DNA from: Gammaproteobacteria bacterium
GTDB taxonomy: Bacteria > Pseudomonadota > Gammaproteobacteria > Eutrophobiales > Eutrophobiaceae
Assembly (NCBI GenBank): GCA_046757565.1
Contig: JBHHYN010000002.1
Coordinates: 15,212 to 79,211, forward strand
DNA: 64,000 nucleotides
Direction of reading: 5' to 3'
Part shown: positions 50,017 through 59,749 of the stretch, one piece after another
Layout of the letters: each line of letters opens with the position of its first letter
How positions within the stretch are numbered: position 1 is the stretch's first letter
Made by a program: the position numbers and the translations under genes
Notes under the pieces: generated by a model
Database searches by the model: none
What the model was told of the DNA's origin: nothing
Seen by the model: the letters and a program-made list of their open reading frames with translations, nothing else

Positions 50017-51402
50017 TCAACCTGCGTCAACCACTGCATAACTGTCCAGACATGCGTGATCAAAACGGCCCTCATCGACCTTCAGGTAAACGACATTATG
50101 CTCAGCAAATATCATGACGTCCTCAACCCCCTGTATCTCAACAAGATCGGTCAACAACGATGTATTATTCAATTGTTCAGGCCCGATTTGCAGCACTATA
50201 TTTTTCAGGCGTTTCGGCATCTGCATACCGAGTGCTGCCGCAAGCCAGACTATTGCTGCGAACAGGCACAGTGAAAACAAACCGGTCAGACCGGCGTAGC
50301 TCATCGCCAGGCCACCCAGCGAACCACCGCTAAATATGCCCAGAAATTGTGAGGTGGAATAAATGCCCATGGCTGTACCCTTGCCACCGGCGAATGCCTG
50401 CCTGCTGATGAGCGAGGGCAGATTGGCCTCCTGCAGGTTGAATGCGGTAAAAAACAGAAATACAGCAGCGATGGAGATCATCTCATTATCATGGAAAACG
50501 GCCAGGGCCGAACAGGCGATGATTAATGCCAGGATGGCCCCGATAAACGCCTGGATAACACGCTGTCGCCGCTCGGCCCAGATCAGGATCGGCACCATGC
50601 CGATAAACGATACCCCCATCACCGGTAAGTAGAGATAGCCGTGTTGTGCCTGTTGCAACCCCAGGGTATCCCTGAGCACCAGCGGCAGACCGATAAATGA
50701 TGCAGTGAGAATAAAGTGCAACACGAAGATGCCGGTATCCAGCCGCAGCAGTTGTGTATCCTTGATGACTTTCGATAACAGTTGCATGTTGGCAGTGGTT
50801 TCGGCGTTGAATACCGGCCGCGACGGCGGAGCAGGTACGATGAAGGCAACAACGGCCACACCCAGCACGGCGAAACCGGCGGTTACCAGAAAAATGCCAC
50901 TCAGGCCGTAGTGGGCGCTAATCCACGGGCCAAGCCACAGTGACAGCGCGAAAGCGATACCGATACTCATGCCAATGCCTGCCATGGCCTTGGCGCGGTG
51001 GTGATCACGAGTCAAATCACTGAGCAGCGCCAACAAGGTGCTGGCAATGGCGCCTGCTCCCTGCATGCCTCTGCCGATAATCACCCCCCAGAGAGTGTCG
51101 GCCTGTGCCGCCACAATGCTACCCAGACCAAATAATACAAGCCCGGTATAAATAACGGTTTTGCGGCCAATCCGATCAGACAATAACCCGAAAGGGATCT
51201 GCATACAGGCCTGTGTCAGGCCATAGATCCCAATTGCCAGACCGATTAAGAAAGGAGTGCTGCCTGTATAATCGTCGGCATGTAAAACCATGACCGGCAA
51301 AACCATAAACAGGCCCAGCATGCGTACGATATATAACAGGCCGATAGAAGCTATCGCCTGTATCTCTGTTGGATACATCCGGTCGTGAGTGCCTTCAGAC
51401 AT
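50017..51402 (-). CDS. MFS transporter with ~70-aa C-terminal cytoplasmic extension
   Basis: About 12 TM helices. GLLSDRIGRK MFS loop motif. Confidence 0.8.
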   Translation of the reverse strand: MSEGTHDRMYPTEIQAIASIGLLYIVRMLGLFMVLPVMVLHADDYTGSTPFLIGLAIGIYGLTQACMQIPFGLLSDRIGRKTVIYTGLVLFGLGSIVAAQADTLWGVIIGRGMQGAGAIASTLLALLSDLTRDHHRAKAMAGIGMSIGIAFALSLWLGPWISAHYGLSGIFLVTAGFAVLGVAVVAFIVPAPPSRPVFNAETTANMQLLSKVIKDTQLLRLDTGIFVLHFILTASFIGLPLVLRDTLGLQQAQHGYLYLPVMGVSFIGMVPILIWAERRQRVIQAFIGAILALIIACSALAVFHDNEMISIAAVFLFFTAFNLQEANLPSLISRQAFAGGKGTAMGIYSTSQFLGIFSGGSLGGLAMSYAGLTGLFSLCLFAAIVWLAAALGMQMPKRLKNIVLQIGPEQLNNTSLLTDLVEIQGVEDVMIFAEHNVVYLKVDEGRFDHACLDSYAVVDAG

Positions 51403-51492
51403 GGTTTACTGCACTGTTACGGCTATGGAATTAACAGTGAACTACACTTTGAAAGGTGTACAATAATAACAGTATTGCAATGATGATGAAAC

Positions 51493-53211
51493 ATGGACGA
51501 ATGCAGATATCTTCGTAATGTTCCCGATGTTGAAATGAAACTGCCTTTTAACGATAACAAATATTATCTCAAGTTCGATCTGGAAAGGGATCCCTTCCCC
51601 CTGGATTCCATCGATAATATTTTGTATCTGACCCCTGAACTGAATCGTCGTCTTGAACGGATTAAGGAACTGATAATATCCAGCCAGAAGTTGTTGCTGG
51701 TGACCTCTTCTCCCGGCGCAGGTAAATCAACCTTGTCCGATCACCTGACATCGCTTAAGGAAAACAACTGGATGGTTAGCCTGGTGAAGGGCGATACAGG
51801 GATGGATGTCGATTCGCTGGCCCATGCAATTATTCAAAAGCTGTTCCCTGACAAGTCTTTTGAAACATCAAAATCAGTGAATCAATTGCATAAGTTTCTG
51901 GAGACTTCCGCCCTCAATGGGAAGGTCCCTGTTTTTATTATCGATGACGCACACAAATTATCTGTTGAAACCCTGGAGTTCATCCTGCAACTCTCGGAAC
52001 TGAGATTTCAGGAAACACTGTTTCGCATTGTGTTATTCGCAGATGAGACAATCAATGACCGGTTTGCTGAGTCTCAATTAAAAACCCTGATAACAAACGT
52101 ATTCCATCATCTGTATATTCCCTCATTTTCCAGGAAACAGATTGGAGAATATCTTGATTGCCGGCTTTCGTTATGTGGTAAATTCAAGGAATACCCGTTC
52201 GCGGACAAAGATATCGATCGTATATACAGGGTATCAGCCGGTCTGCCAGGAGGCATCAATTACCTTGCCAGGCAAATCATGCAGGACTATATCCTCACGG
52301 GAATTGACCGGCCAAGATATGGCCGGATCGCCGTTGTTTCGGGAGTTATTATCATTTTGTTTATTTCAGTTTATTCGGCATTTTTTGATCAGCAGATCAA
52401 GGAAAAAATTGCTGCGACTACCAAAAAAATCCCGATTCCTCCGGCACTACCGGAAGTAAATATAACAGCTGAGAAGCAACTGGGAAAGGAAGAAAAAGTT
52501 GTAGAAATATATATTGCGACCAATAACACAAAAGTGACGGAACAGGCGTTGGCGTCTGTTGAGGAAACGCAGCAACCGGAAAAATACACTGAATTAAATG
52601 TTGGCAATCAGTCAATCACCACCAGGCCGATTGCACCTGGTCCGCAAGGACAGGTCAGGGTGAATAACAAGCCGGAGATAGCGTCCCGGCCACAGCCTGA
52701 AGAAAGCCATGATCAGAAACAATCCACTTTGGTGGAACCGGTTGAAGAGGGGATAGAAGCGCTCGTCGTGGAATTATCTAAAACAAATGACGAAGTGGAA
52801 CAGATCCCAGCTGCGCCACAGGAGCAGGTATCTGCCAGCGATGATGAAAATGTCTTCCATGTAGAACCTGTCTCCGAATTGTTTTCCGGCATCAAGGGCC
52901 CCGGCTGGTTCAGGCGTCAGCCTGAAAATTCATACGTCCTGCAATTAATATCATCCCGTGAAATAAGTAATGTCAAGAAGTTGCTCAAGGGCCAAACCGG
53001 TATTCGTGATCAATTATCCGGTTACACTAACTATACACCATCGGGTAAATCCCGATATTTGCTGTTTTATGGATTATATCCGGACATCAAGAGTGCAAAG
53101 GAGGCTGTCAACAGACTGCCGGCCCGGTTCAGATCTTTAACACCCTGGCCCAGATCTATCGGCCATATCGTCACGGCTCTTGACCGACTCGTGGCAAGAG
53201 GGTATCAGTGA
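51493..53211 (+). CDS. ExeA-like P-loop ATPase - TM - low-complexity linker - C-terminal SPOR-like domain
   Basis: LLVTSSPGAGKST...IIDDAH (Walker A/B). TM helix IAVVSGVIIILFISVYSAFF. C-terminal YVLQLISSREISNVKKLL...YLLFYGLYPDIKSAKEAVNRLP is SPOR-like. Confidence 0.65.
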   Translation: MDECRYLRNVPDVEMKLPFNDNKYYLKFDLERDPFPLDSIDNILYLTPELNRRLERIKELIISSQKLLLVTSSPGAGKSTLSDHLTSLKENNWMVSLVKGDTGMDVDSLAHAIIQKLFPDKSFETSKSVNQLHKFLETSALNGKVPVFIIDDAHKLSVETLEFILQLSELRFQETLFRIVLFADETINDRFAESQLKTLITNVFHHLYIPSFSRKQIGEYLDCRLSLCGKFKEYPFADKDIDRIYRVSAGLPGGINYLARQIMQDYILTGIDRPRYGRIAVVSGVIIILFISVYSAFFDQQIKEKIAATTKKIPIPPALPEVNITAEKQLGKEEKVVEIYIATNNTKVTEQALASVEETQQPEKYTELNVGNQSITTRPIAPGPQGQVRVNNKPEIASRPQPEESHDQKQSTLVEPVEEGIEALVVELSKTNDEVEQIPAAPQEQVSASDDENVFHVEPVSELFSGIKGPGWFRRQPENSYVLQLISSREISNVKKLLKGQTGIRDQLSGYTNYTPSGKSRYLLFYGLYPDIKSAKEAVNRLPARFRSLTPWPRSIGHIVTALDRLVARGYQ

Positions 53212-53439
53212 AGACCTGCACTCCATGGGTGAGAAATTGCACGTTTAACGACAGTTATTCCATTCAAGACAACAGATTGTCAGATTGGTCCGCTCACTCT
53301 GCATGCTGCATGGACAGTCACTTTTGTCGTAACTGTTGCCCACCGCAAACGCGAGGTATTTTGAGATAGGTTCTATAGCTGGCATAATGTCCAAGCGTTT
53401 CGGTTTAAGTCAGTGCATTACAGGGCAGGGGAGATACAG

Positions 53440-53892
53440 ATGGGAAAACTTCAGCAAACCGGTGAACCAAACCGGAATATCAGGAACTCTATAGAGACAT
53501 TCGGCGGTTTTCTGGTAGAAGGGTTCCATTATCTGGCGTTATTCGCTATTGGTGGTTCCATAGTGTGGTCAGCGGTGTATGCATATATCGGTATGGTTGT
53601 GAATGGCCATGCTGCTATCGAAGACATCCTGTTACTCTTTATCTACCTTGAGCTTGGAGCAATGGTCGGTATCTATTTCAAGACAAATCATATGCCGGTC
53701 CGTTTTCTGATTTATGTCGCCATAACTGCTCTGACCAGAATGCTGATCCTTGACATACAGATTGATCATCATCCTGATAAAGGGATTATTTTAATCTCTG
53801 TTGCGATTCTGTTGCTCGCACTGGCGACATTAATCATTCGCTATGGCTCGTTCAAATTTCCTGCAGGGATGGATGACGACAGATCTCTGTAG
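53440..53892 (+). CDS. psiE: Phosphate-starvation-inducible protein PsiE
   Basis: Four TM helices. VRFLIYVAITALTRMLILD matches the conserved PsiE core (E. coli LRYFVYIGITAIVRLIIVD). SD AGGGGAG lies 8 nt before the ATG at 53440. Confidence 0.8.
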   Translation: MGKLQQTGEPNRNIRNSIETFGGFLVEGFHYLALFAIGGSIVWSAVYAYIGMVVNGHAAIEDILLLFIYLELGAMVGIYFKTNHMPVRFLIYVAITALTRMLILDIQIDHHPDKGIILISVAILLLALATLIIRYGSFKFPAGMDDDRSL

Positions 53893-54079
53893 GACGGCGT
53901 TCTGTGATTAAAAAGCATCGGCAGGTTATTGATTGCCTGCTGCCTTGATCTGAAGAAGTATAATCATTTATATTCAATCGTTTCCCGACATTGAATAAAG
54001 TGTGTGTATTCCCGCGCTTCTGGAAACTCCACTTCACGTAGAGTTTCCAGAGTATGTGTCGCCACTTTCTTTTTCAGCG

Positions 54080-54388
54080 TCAGTTGAGGGAATTTGTACT
54101 GCTTCTCTTGATCTGTTGATTTACCAGGTCCAAACCCGCTGATTTTTCTGCAAAGGTGTAGGCTGGTTCCGGGCTTGATGAAACAGTATTAGAACCGAAG
54201 CGCCGCTGAATCCCGTACCCTTCCATAAACAGGGCCTCTACATTAGAGGTCAGATCCTGCATGAGTTCAGTACGAAAAGAACGTTCCATTTCATTATTTA
54301 TACCGCTTGCATCAAGCGTCATAGATGATGCAAACACCAACAGTCCTGCTGTAAAAACGATGATTGATTTTATGTTAGGGTTTCTCAT
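54080..54388 (-). CDS. Small secreted hypothetical protein (signal peptide, 102 aa)
   Basis: Signal peptide MRNPNIKSIIVFTAGLLVFASSMTLDA. SD GGAG lies 6 nt upstream. Confidence 0.5.
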   Translation of the reverse strand: MRNPNIKSIIVFTAGLLVFASSMTLDASGINNEMERSFRTELMQDLTSNVEALFMEGYGIQRRFGSNTVSSSPEPAYTFAEKSAGLDLVNQQIKRSSTNSLN

Positions 54389-54438
54389 AATGGATCTCCA
54401 AAAAATATATGTAAGTTAACTGACCATAAATCGTTTAA

Positions 54439-54607
54439 TTTTTTGGGTCTTCAGCAGAATCTGTGGGTTGATATATAAACAGTAGCCCGTCATTCCCGTG
54501 AAAACGGGAATGACGGTATTTATGACTTGAATCCGCCTCTCTATTTAATCAGTTTTTATTCAAAAGTCTTTCTTGTTAACCCACAGATTCTGCTGAAGAG
54601 CCAATTT
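54439..54607. mobile_element. MITE-like element with 22-bp perfect terminal inverted repeats (TCTTCAGCAGAATCTGTGGGTT) and central 12-bp-stem hairpin
   Basis: 54446-54467 is the reverse complement of 54578-54599. The 109-bp core contains CCGTCATTCCCG tgaaaa CGGGAATGACGG. The flanks GGG / GCC extend the IR with one mismatch. AT-rich surroundings. Confidence 0.6.
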
Positions 54608-54721
54608 TTTTTGATGAGCACAGATAACATTGCCGCTACGCCCATATATATTCACATATGGACGGCCGGCTGCAGACCTCTTCAGTTCTTTTACTGTGGC
54701 AGTTTTCATGGTTTAATATAT

Positions 54722-54737
54722 TTAGTTAACTAACTAA
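54722..54737. promoter_or_regulatory. Putative TetR operator palindrome, copy 1 (TTAGTTA-AC-TAACTAA)
   Basis: A 7-2-7 perfect inverted repeat with half-sites identical to the copy at 55363. Confidence 0.45.
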
Positions 54738-54790
54738 TATCTATGTCCTGGTTTTTTATCATCGCTTTGTTTCCTCGGAAATATCAGACC

Positions 54791-55348
54791 TTACAGGGAA
54801 TCAATCCACTCACAAGTGGATCGTAATTGTTTTTTAATATGTTTTTGATCACGCAGGGCGTGGCCCAGCAACATAATCCCTTGTATCCTCGCTATCAGTT
54901 CAAAAGCCATTTCATATGAATTCTTGTAACCCAGAGCCCTGAATTGCTTGTTAGTCCAGCCAAGCAGGTCATGCATACAACTATCGGCTCTGTCCGTCAG
55001 GCGTGATGGCATCTTATCCAGTTCCTGGCAGAGGCTGCCAACCGGGCATCCATATTGCACAATATCTTTTCCATTCATCATGAAGAATTTCATAAATCGT
55101 TTCAGGTTGCTTTTAGGATCATTTTCCTTGCAACAACCGTTGAATATCTCCTTTATATCCTGTTTGCGTCGTTCAATGACGACTGCACAAATATCTTCCT
55201 TGGTTTTAAAGTAGTAGTAGACATTGCCCAGTGGTACACCGGACTCCTTCGCAATATCGGCGAGTGTCGTCCGGTGGAATCCCTGTGAATAGATCAGCAT
55301 ATTCGCTGCGTCTATCAGTCTCTCCCGTTTATTGCCGGCAGTGCCCAT
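54791..55348 (-). CDS. TetR-family transcriptional regulator
   Basis: N-terminal HTH RLIDAANMLIYSQGFHRTTLADIAKESGVPLGNVYYYFKTKEDI (TetR_N). 185 aa. Noticeably AT-richer than the neighbours. Confidence 0.88.
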   Translation of the reverse strand: MGTAGNKRERLIDAANMLIYSQGFHRTTLADIAKESGVPLGNVYYYFKTKEDICAVVIERRKQDIKEIFNGCCKENDPKSNLKRFMKFFMMNGKDIVQYGCPVGSLCQELDKMPSRLTDRADSCMHDLLGWTNKQFRALGYKNSYEMAFELIARIQGIMLLGHALRDQKHIKKQLRSTCEWIDSL

Positions 55349-55362
55349 AAATATCTACTAAG

Positions 55363-55378
55363 TTAGTTATATAACTAA
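55363..55378. promoter_or_regulatory. Putative TetR operator palindrome, copy 2 (TTAGTTA-TA-TAACTAA), 15 bp upstream of the TetR start
   Basis: A perfect 16-bp palindrome in the TetR gene's own promoter region. Confidence 0.5.
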
Positions 55379-55505
55379 TATTATACTCGAATATTATTAC
55401 TCTGCAAGTTTTTTCTCTCTATTGAGAACAGTTTGGGTGTGTAATTATAAGTTATTGATTGTAAATAATTTTCAGGATACCTTGCTGGAGACCGGGGTTC
55501 CGGTG

Positions 55506-56348
55506 TCAAGACTGTATTTCGCCGGCACACAGATCAGCAATGTTGGGGAAGACCTGTGCTGATGACTCCTTGATAAACAGGCCGTTACTGCTTTTCCTGG
55601 CCAGTTCCGAGAACGGGTTTTCTTCAATATTGATATCGATGATGGGTTTGCCGTTGTTATAGACAATTTCGGCAACGTGGTTAGGCAGGCTTGTGGCCCC
55701 TGAAGTGCCGGCAATAATCAGTAAATCCGTATTAGCGGCCGCCATTATCGTACTCTCATACCTGAAGTATTTTTCATCGTAGAATTCGTCAAACCAGAGT
55801 ACGTGGGGCCGCAACCATCCACCGCAATCGGGACAATGCAGGAGTTGTATTTCTGCCTTATCAAGTTCCTCACGCTCCCGTTTGATTTTTAATCCATCCG
55901 GAAGCGGGTATAACTGCATGCTGCATTCACAACTGCATCGGGTGAAATTAATGTTGCCATGGATTTGATAGGTGCGTTCCAGTGAATTCCCAGCACGAAT
56001 GTGCAGATTATCGATATTCTGTGTGATCAGGATGAATCGATCACCCAGGCTTTGTTCCATCCTGGCAATGGCCCGATGTCCATCATTGGGTTCGACATGC
56101 AGGCATACCCCGAGCCGGTAGAGATACCATTGCCACACCTCTATGGGGTGTTGCAGGAATACCTCGCGGGTAGCCATCTCTTGTGGCATGTAGACTCTGG
56201 AACCTACCGTCCAGTAGCCTTCGGGGCCTCTAAAGGTAGGGATGCCGCTCTCTGCCGAGATACCCGCGCCCGTCAGTACGGTTATCCTGGAAGTGCTATC
56301 TGTCAGGATTTCCTTGTGTTGGACCAGTAGTTGTCGAGCAGGAATCAT
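55506..56348 (-). CDS. NAD-dependent protein deacetylase, Sir2/CobB family
   Basis: GAGISAESGIPTFRG, QNIDNLH, a Cys4 zinc ribbon (CSCEC...CPDCGG) and GTS motifs: a canonical sirtuin catalytic core. Confidence 0.85.
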   Translation of the reverse strand: MIPARQLLVQHKEILTDSTSRITVLTGAGISAESGIPTFRGPEGYWTVGSRVYMPQEMATREVFLQHPIEVWQWYLYRLGVCLHVEPNDGHRAIARMEQSLGDRFILITQNIDNLHIRAGNSLERTYQIHGNINFTRCSCECSMQLYPLPDGLKIKREREELDKAEIQLLHCPDCGGWLRPHVLWFDEFYDEKYFRYESTIMAAANTDLLIIAGTSGATSLPNHVAEIVYNNGKPIIDINIEENPFSELARKSSNGLFIKESSAQVFPNIADLCAGEIQS

Positions 56349-56442
56349 GCTTCAGGATGGCGGTATGCCGGAAAAGTGCTCTCCCTCTCTGAAAAAGGGG
56401 GAAGATTGCCCATTGTACGGACACTTGTCCTGTGGTTGTCTT

Positions 56443-56754
56443 TCAATCGGGGCGTTGTTGACCACAATTCCAGCAAGCGCTGAATTGCCCCTCTATTTGT
56501 TCGCCACAAACACAGTTCCAGGAGTTCAGGTCCGGGTAGGCCGGTGACAAGGCCGCGTTTACTATTTTCATAGCTTGCCGGTAGTCATCGTCATTGCTGA
56601 CCCATATCTCCGGCCAGCATTCAATCGGCGGCAATTCTCCCAGTGCGCTGGAAAGGTTCTGGTTCCTGACCAGGCAGGCAATACCTTCTATTTCCAGCAG
56701 GCTTTTGATGTGTCCTGTCATCATGCTGTCTTCAGAACTATAGATTTTTTTCAT
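56443..56754 (-). CDS. DUF2007-like small protein with C-terminal zinc-ribbon (CxxC...CxxC)
   Basis: MKKIYSSEDSMMTGHIKSLLEIEGIA resembles the DUF2007 N-terminus. C-terminal WNCVCGE...CWNCGQ. Confidence 0.55.
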   Translation of the reverse strand: MKKIYSSEDSMMTGHIKSLLEIEGIACLVRNQNLSSALGELPPIECWPEIWVSNDDDYRQAMKIVNAALSPAYPDLNSWNCVCGEQIEGQFSACWNCGQQRPD

Positions 56755-57126
56755 TTATACGGACGCCCTGAGAATACTGATCAGGGCCACGACAATAGCG
56801 ATGGCGGACAAGATGGCAACAAGGTTCAGGCGGATATATATTTTTTTAAGGGACTCAGCCAGGGCCTCATTCTGTTTTGCGAGTTGTTCGATGAGTTTGA
56901 TTTGTTCGACATTGGACTCATCGTTCCCGTCAAGGCGCTGCTCCAGTTGTTCAACGCTTGCCTTGAGTCCTTCTACAGTCATCGGGATGTTCTGGACTTC
57001 ATTGCTATGATCATCATTGCGCTCCCTGATCATCTGAATAAGTTTACCGGTGCCTTGAATAATGAGAGGCGCCGAATTCAGAATCGTCTTTATTGCCCCG
57101 GGTGTCATGATGTTTTTTTTGGTCAT
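56755..57126 (-). CDS. Hypothetical coiled-coil protein with C-terminal TM anchor
   Basis: Central heptad-like EQLEQRLDGNDESNVEQIKLIEQLAKQNEALAESLKK. C-terminal LVAILSAIAIVVALISIL. Directly abuts the DUF2007 gene (56754/56755). Confidence 0.45.
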   Translation of the reverse strand: MTKKNIMTPGAIKTILNSAPLIIQGTGKLIQMIRERNDDHSNEVQNIPMTVEGLKASVEQLEQRLDGNDESNVEQIKLIEQLAKQNEALAESLKKIYIRLNLVAILSAIAIVVALISILRASV

Positions 57127-57325
57127 GAATTCAAAATGGTGTCTGTTTTACGGCGTTAATCAAATCATGTTTCACTTTTTTCCCTGTAGAAACTACAATA
57201 ATACACTTTTTATCTTGCCTCCCGAATAGTAAAGATCAAGTAATTTTTTGTATAAATAAAGTGAATTTTTATTCTTCGAGCAGCGTCAATGATAAAGTGT
57301 AGCGTCTGCCAACGGGAATAAAAAT

Positions 57326-58294
<969 letters not shown>

Positions 58295-58304
58295 AGCCGT
58301 TGCC

Positions 58305-59240
58305 ATGCCCCAGACTGCTTCAAACAGTATCAACGAATCGGTCCATGTTACCGTGCCGCTGCTGGTACAGCTTAGCCGGTTTGCCTCCGGGTTGACCCTT
58401 CGTTCCGGGCGGATCCTGGCCCGCCAGGCGGGCGACTATCAATCGCCATTTAAAGGGAGAGGCATGGAGTTTGACGAATCCCGTTTATACATACCAGGAG
58501 ATGACATCCGTAATATCGATTGGCGGGTAACCGCCCGCACCGGCAAGACCCACACAAAACTATACCGGGAGGAACGGGAACGGCCGGTATTTGTCTGGGT
58601 TGATTACAGAGAGCCAATGTTTTTTGCCACCAAAGGGCGTTACAAGTCTGTTATTGCTGCGCACCTGGCCACGCTTCTGGCATGGAGCGCAATTTATCAT
58701 GGCGATCGTGTGGGGGGGGTTATCTTTTCCGATTATGTGCATCATGAACTCAAACCGCATCGGGGTAAATCAGCCGTATTGAGAATGATCAATCAGTTGG
58801 CCGGTCATCCTGCCTGGCATCAGAACGGGTCACAAGCCCAGGACAGGGATGATAACGCGGGAAGCAGGGCGCTGCTGCGGTTACGCCGGGTCAGCCGGCC
58901 GGGCAGCCTGATTTTTTTAATAAGCGATTTTCGTAATCTGGACGAGGCCGCCACACTGCAGATGACCCTGTTAGGCAGGCATAGCGATGTGGTGATGCTG
59001 TTTATCCACGATCCACTGGAAGCCGCTCTGCCATCGGCCGGGCGCTACCGGGTAAGTGATGGTGCCGATGAGGTGCTGGTCGATACCTATGACCGGCAGC
59101 GCGTGGAAGCCTATCATCGCCGCTTTATCGAGCATACCCGGAGATTGACCTTGTTGTCTCGTAAAAACCGAATGCGTTTGATCTCCTGTTCGACCCGGGA
59201 CGATCCGTTTACGGTTCTGCAAGCGGGGCTCAAGGTATAG
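58305..59240 (+). CDS. DUF58 protein (MoxR-associated, vWA-like fold)
   Basis: Conserved DUF58 core (FDESRLYIPGDDIRNIDWRVTARTGK). Position after moxR is typical. Confidence 0.85.
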   Translation: MPQTASNSINESVHVTVPLLVQLSRFASGLTLRSGRILARQAGDYQSPFKGRGMEFDESRLYIPGDDIRNIDWRVTARTGKTHTKLYREERERPVFVWVDYREPMFFATKGRYKSVIAAHLATLLAWSAIYHGDRVGGVIFSDYVHHELKPHRGKSAVLRMINQLAGHPAWHQNGSQAQDRDDNAGSRALLRLRRVSRPGSLIFLISDFRNLDEAATLQMTLLGRHSDVVMLFIHDPLEAALPSAGRYRVSDGADEVLVDTYDRQRVEAYHRRFIEHTRRLTLLSRKNRMRLISCSTRDDPFTVLQAGLKV

Positions 59241-59242
59241 TT

Positions 59243-59749
59243 TTGACCATGACCAATCCCCTGAAACTCCCGTTAAAGGACATTCACCTGCCGGGACCGG
59301 TATCATGGTGGCCACCTGCCCCGGGCTGGTGGATCCTGCTGGGGTTGCTCCTGTTCCTTATCTTTTTGTCATTATGGTGGTACCGGCGGCGGCAACGTCT
59401 GAAACTGTCAGCCGCCAATCTTGCAAGAGAGCAGTTACTGGCTCTTCAGGGACACTATTCGACTCATCGCGATCCCAGGCGCCTGGTGGAGGAGATATCG
59501 ATTTTGTTGCGTCGGCTGAGTATCAGCGCATTCTCCCGTATGCAAACAGCCAGCCTGACCGGCGATGCCTGGTTGCAATATCTTGACCGGCCGATGCAGG
59601 ACCATCCGTTCTCCTCAGGTCCGGGGCGGATCCTGATCGATGCTCCCTACCGGCGTGAAGTGCGGGCGGAAGAGATTGAACCCGTCATTAATCTTTGCAA
59701 AGAGTGGATCGATGCCGTTGCCGGCAACCGGCAGAGGGCCGTGCAGTGA
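59243..59749 (+). CDS. DUF4381-like membrane protein
   Basis: WWPPAPGWWILLGLLLFLIFLSLWWYRRRQR TM followed by a soluble domain, typical of this position in bat operons. Confidence 0.7.
   Translation: MTMTNPLKLPLKDIHLPGPVSWWPPAPGWWILLGLLLFLIFLSLWWYRRRQRLKLSAANLAREQLLALQGHYSTHRDPRRLVEEISILLRRLSISAFSRMQTASLTGDAWLQYLDRPMQDHPFSSGPGRILIDAPYRREVRAEEIEPVINLCKEWIDAVAGNRQRAVQ

Noticed and set aside
54527-54733. 68-aa plus-strand ORF overlapping the MITE-like element and a TetR operator
   Set aside because: AT-rich chance ORF inside a repeat element. No RBS.
55506-56348. Sir2-domain protein as a possible anti-phage defence component (Thoeris/DSR-like)
   Set aside because: It has the complete canonical sirtuin catalytic motifs and a Zn ribbon, with a size typical of CobB. 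There are no partner domains (SLOG, TIR, HerA, Macro) adjacent. It is most simply a protein deacetylase.
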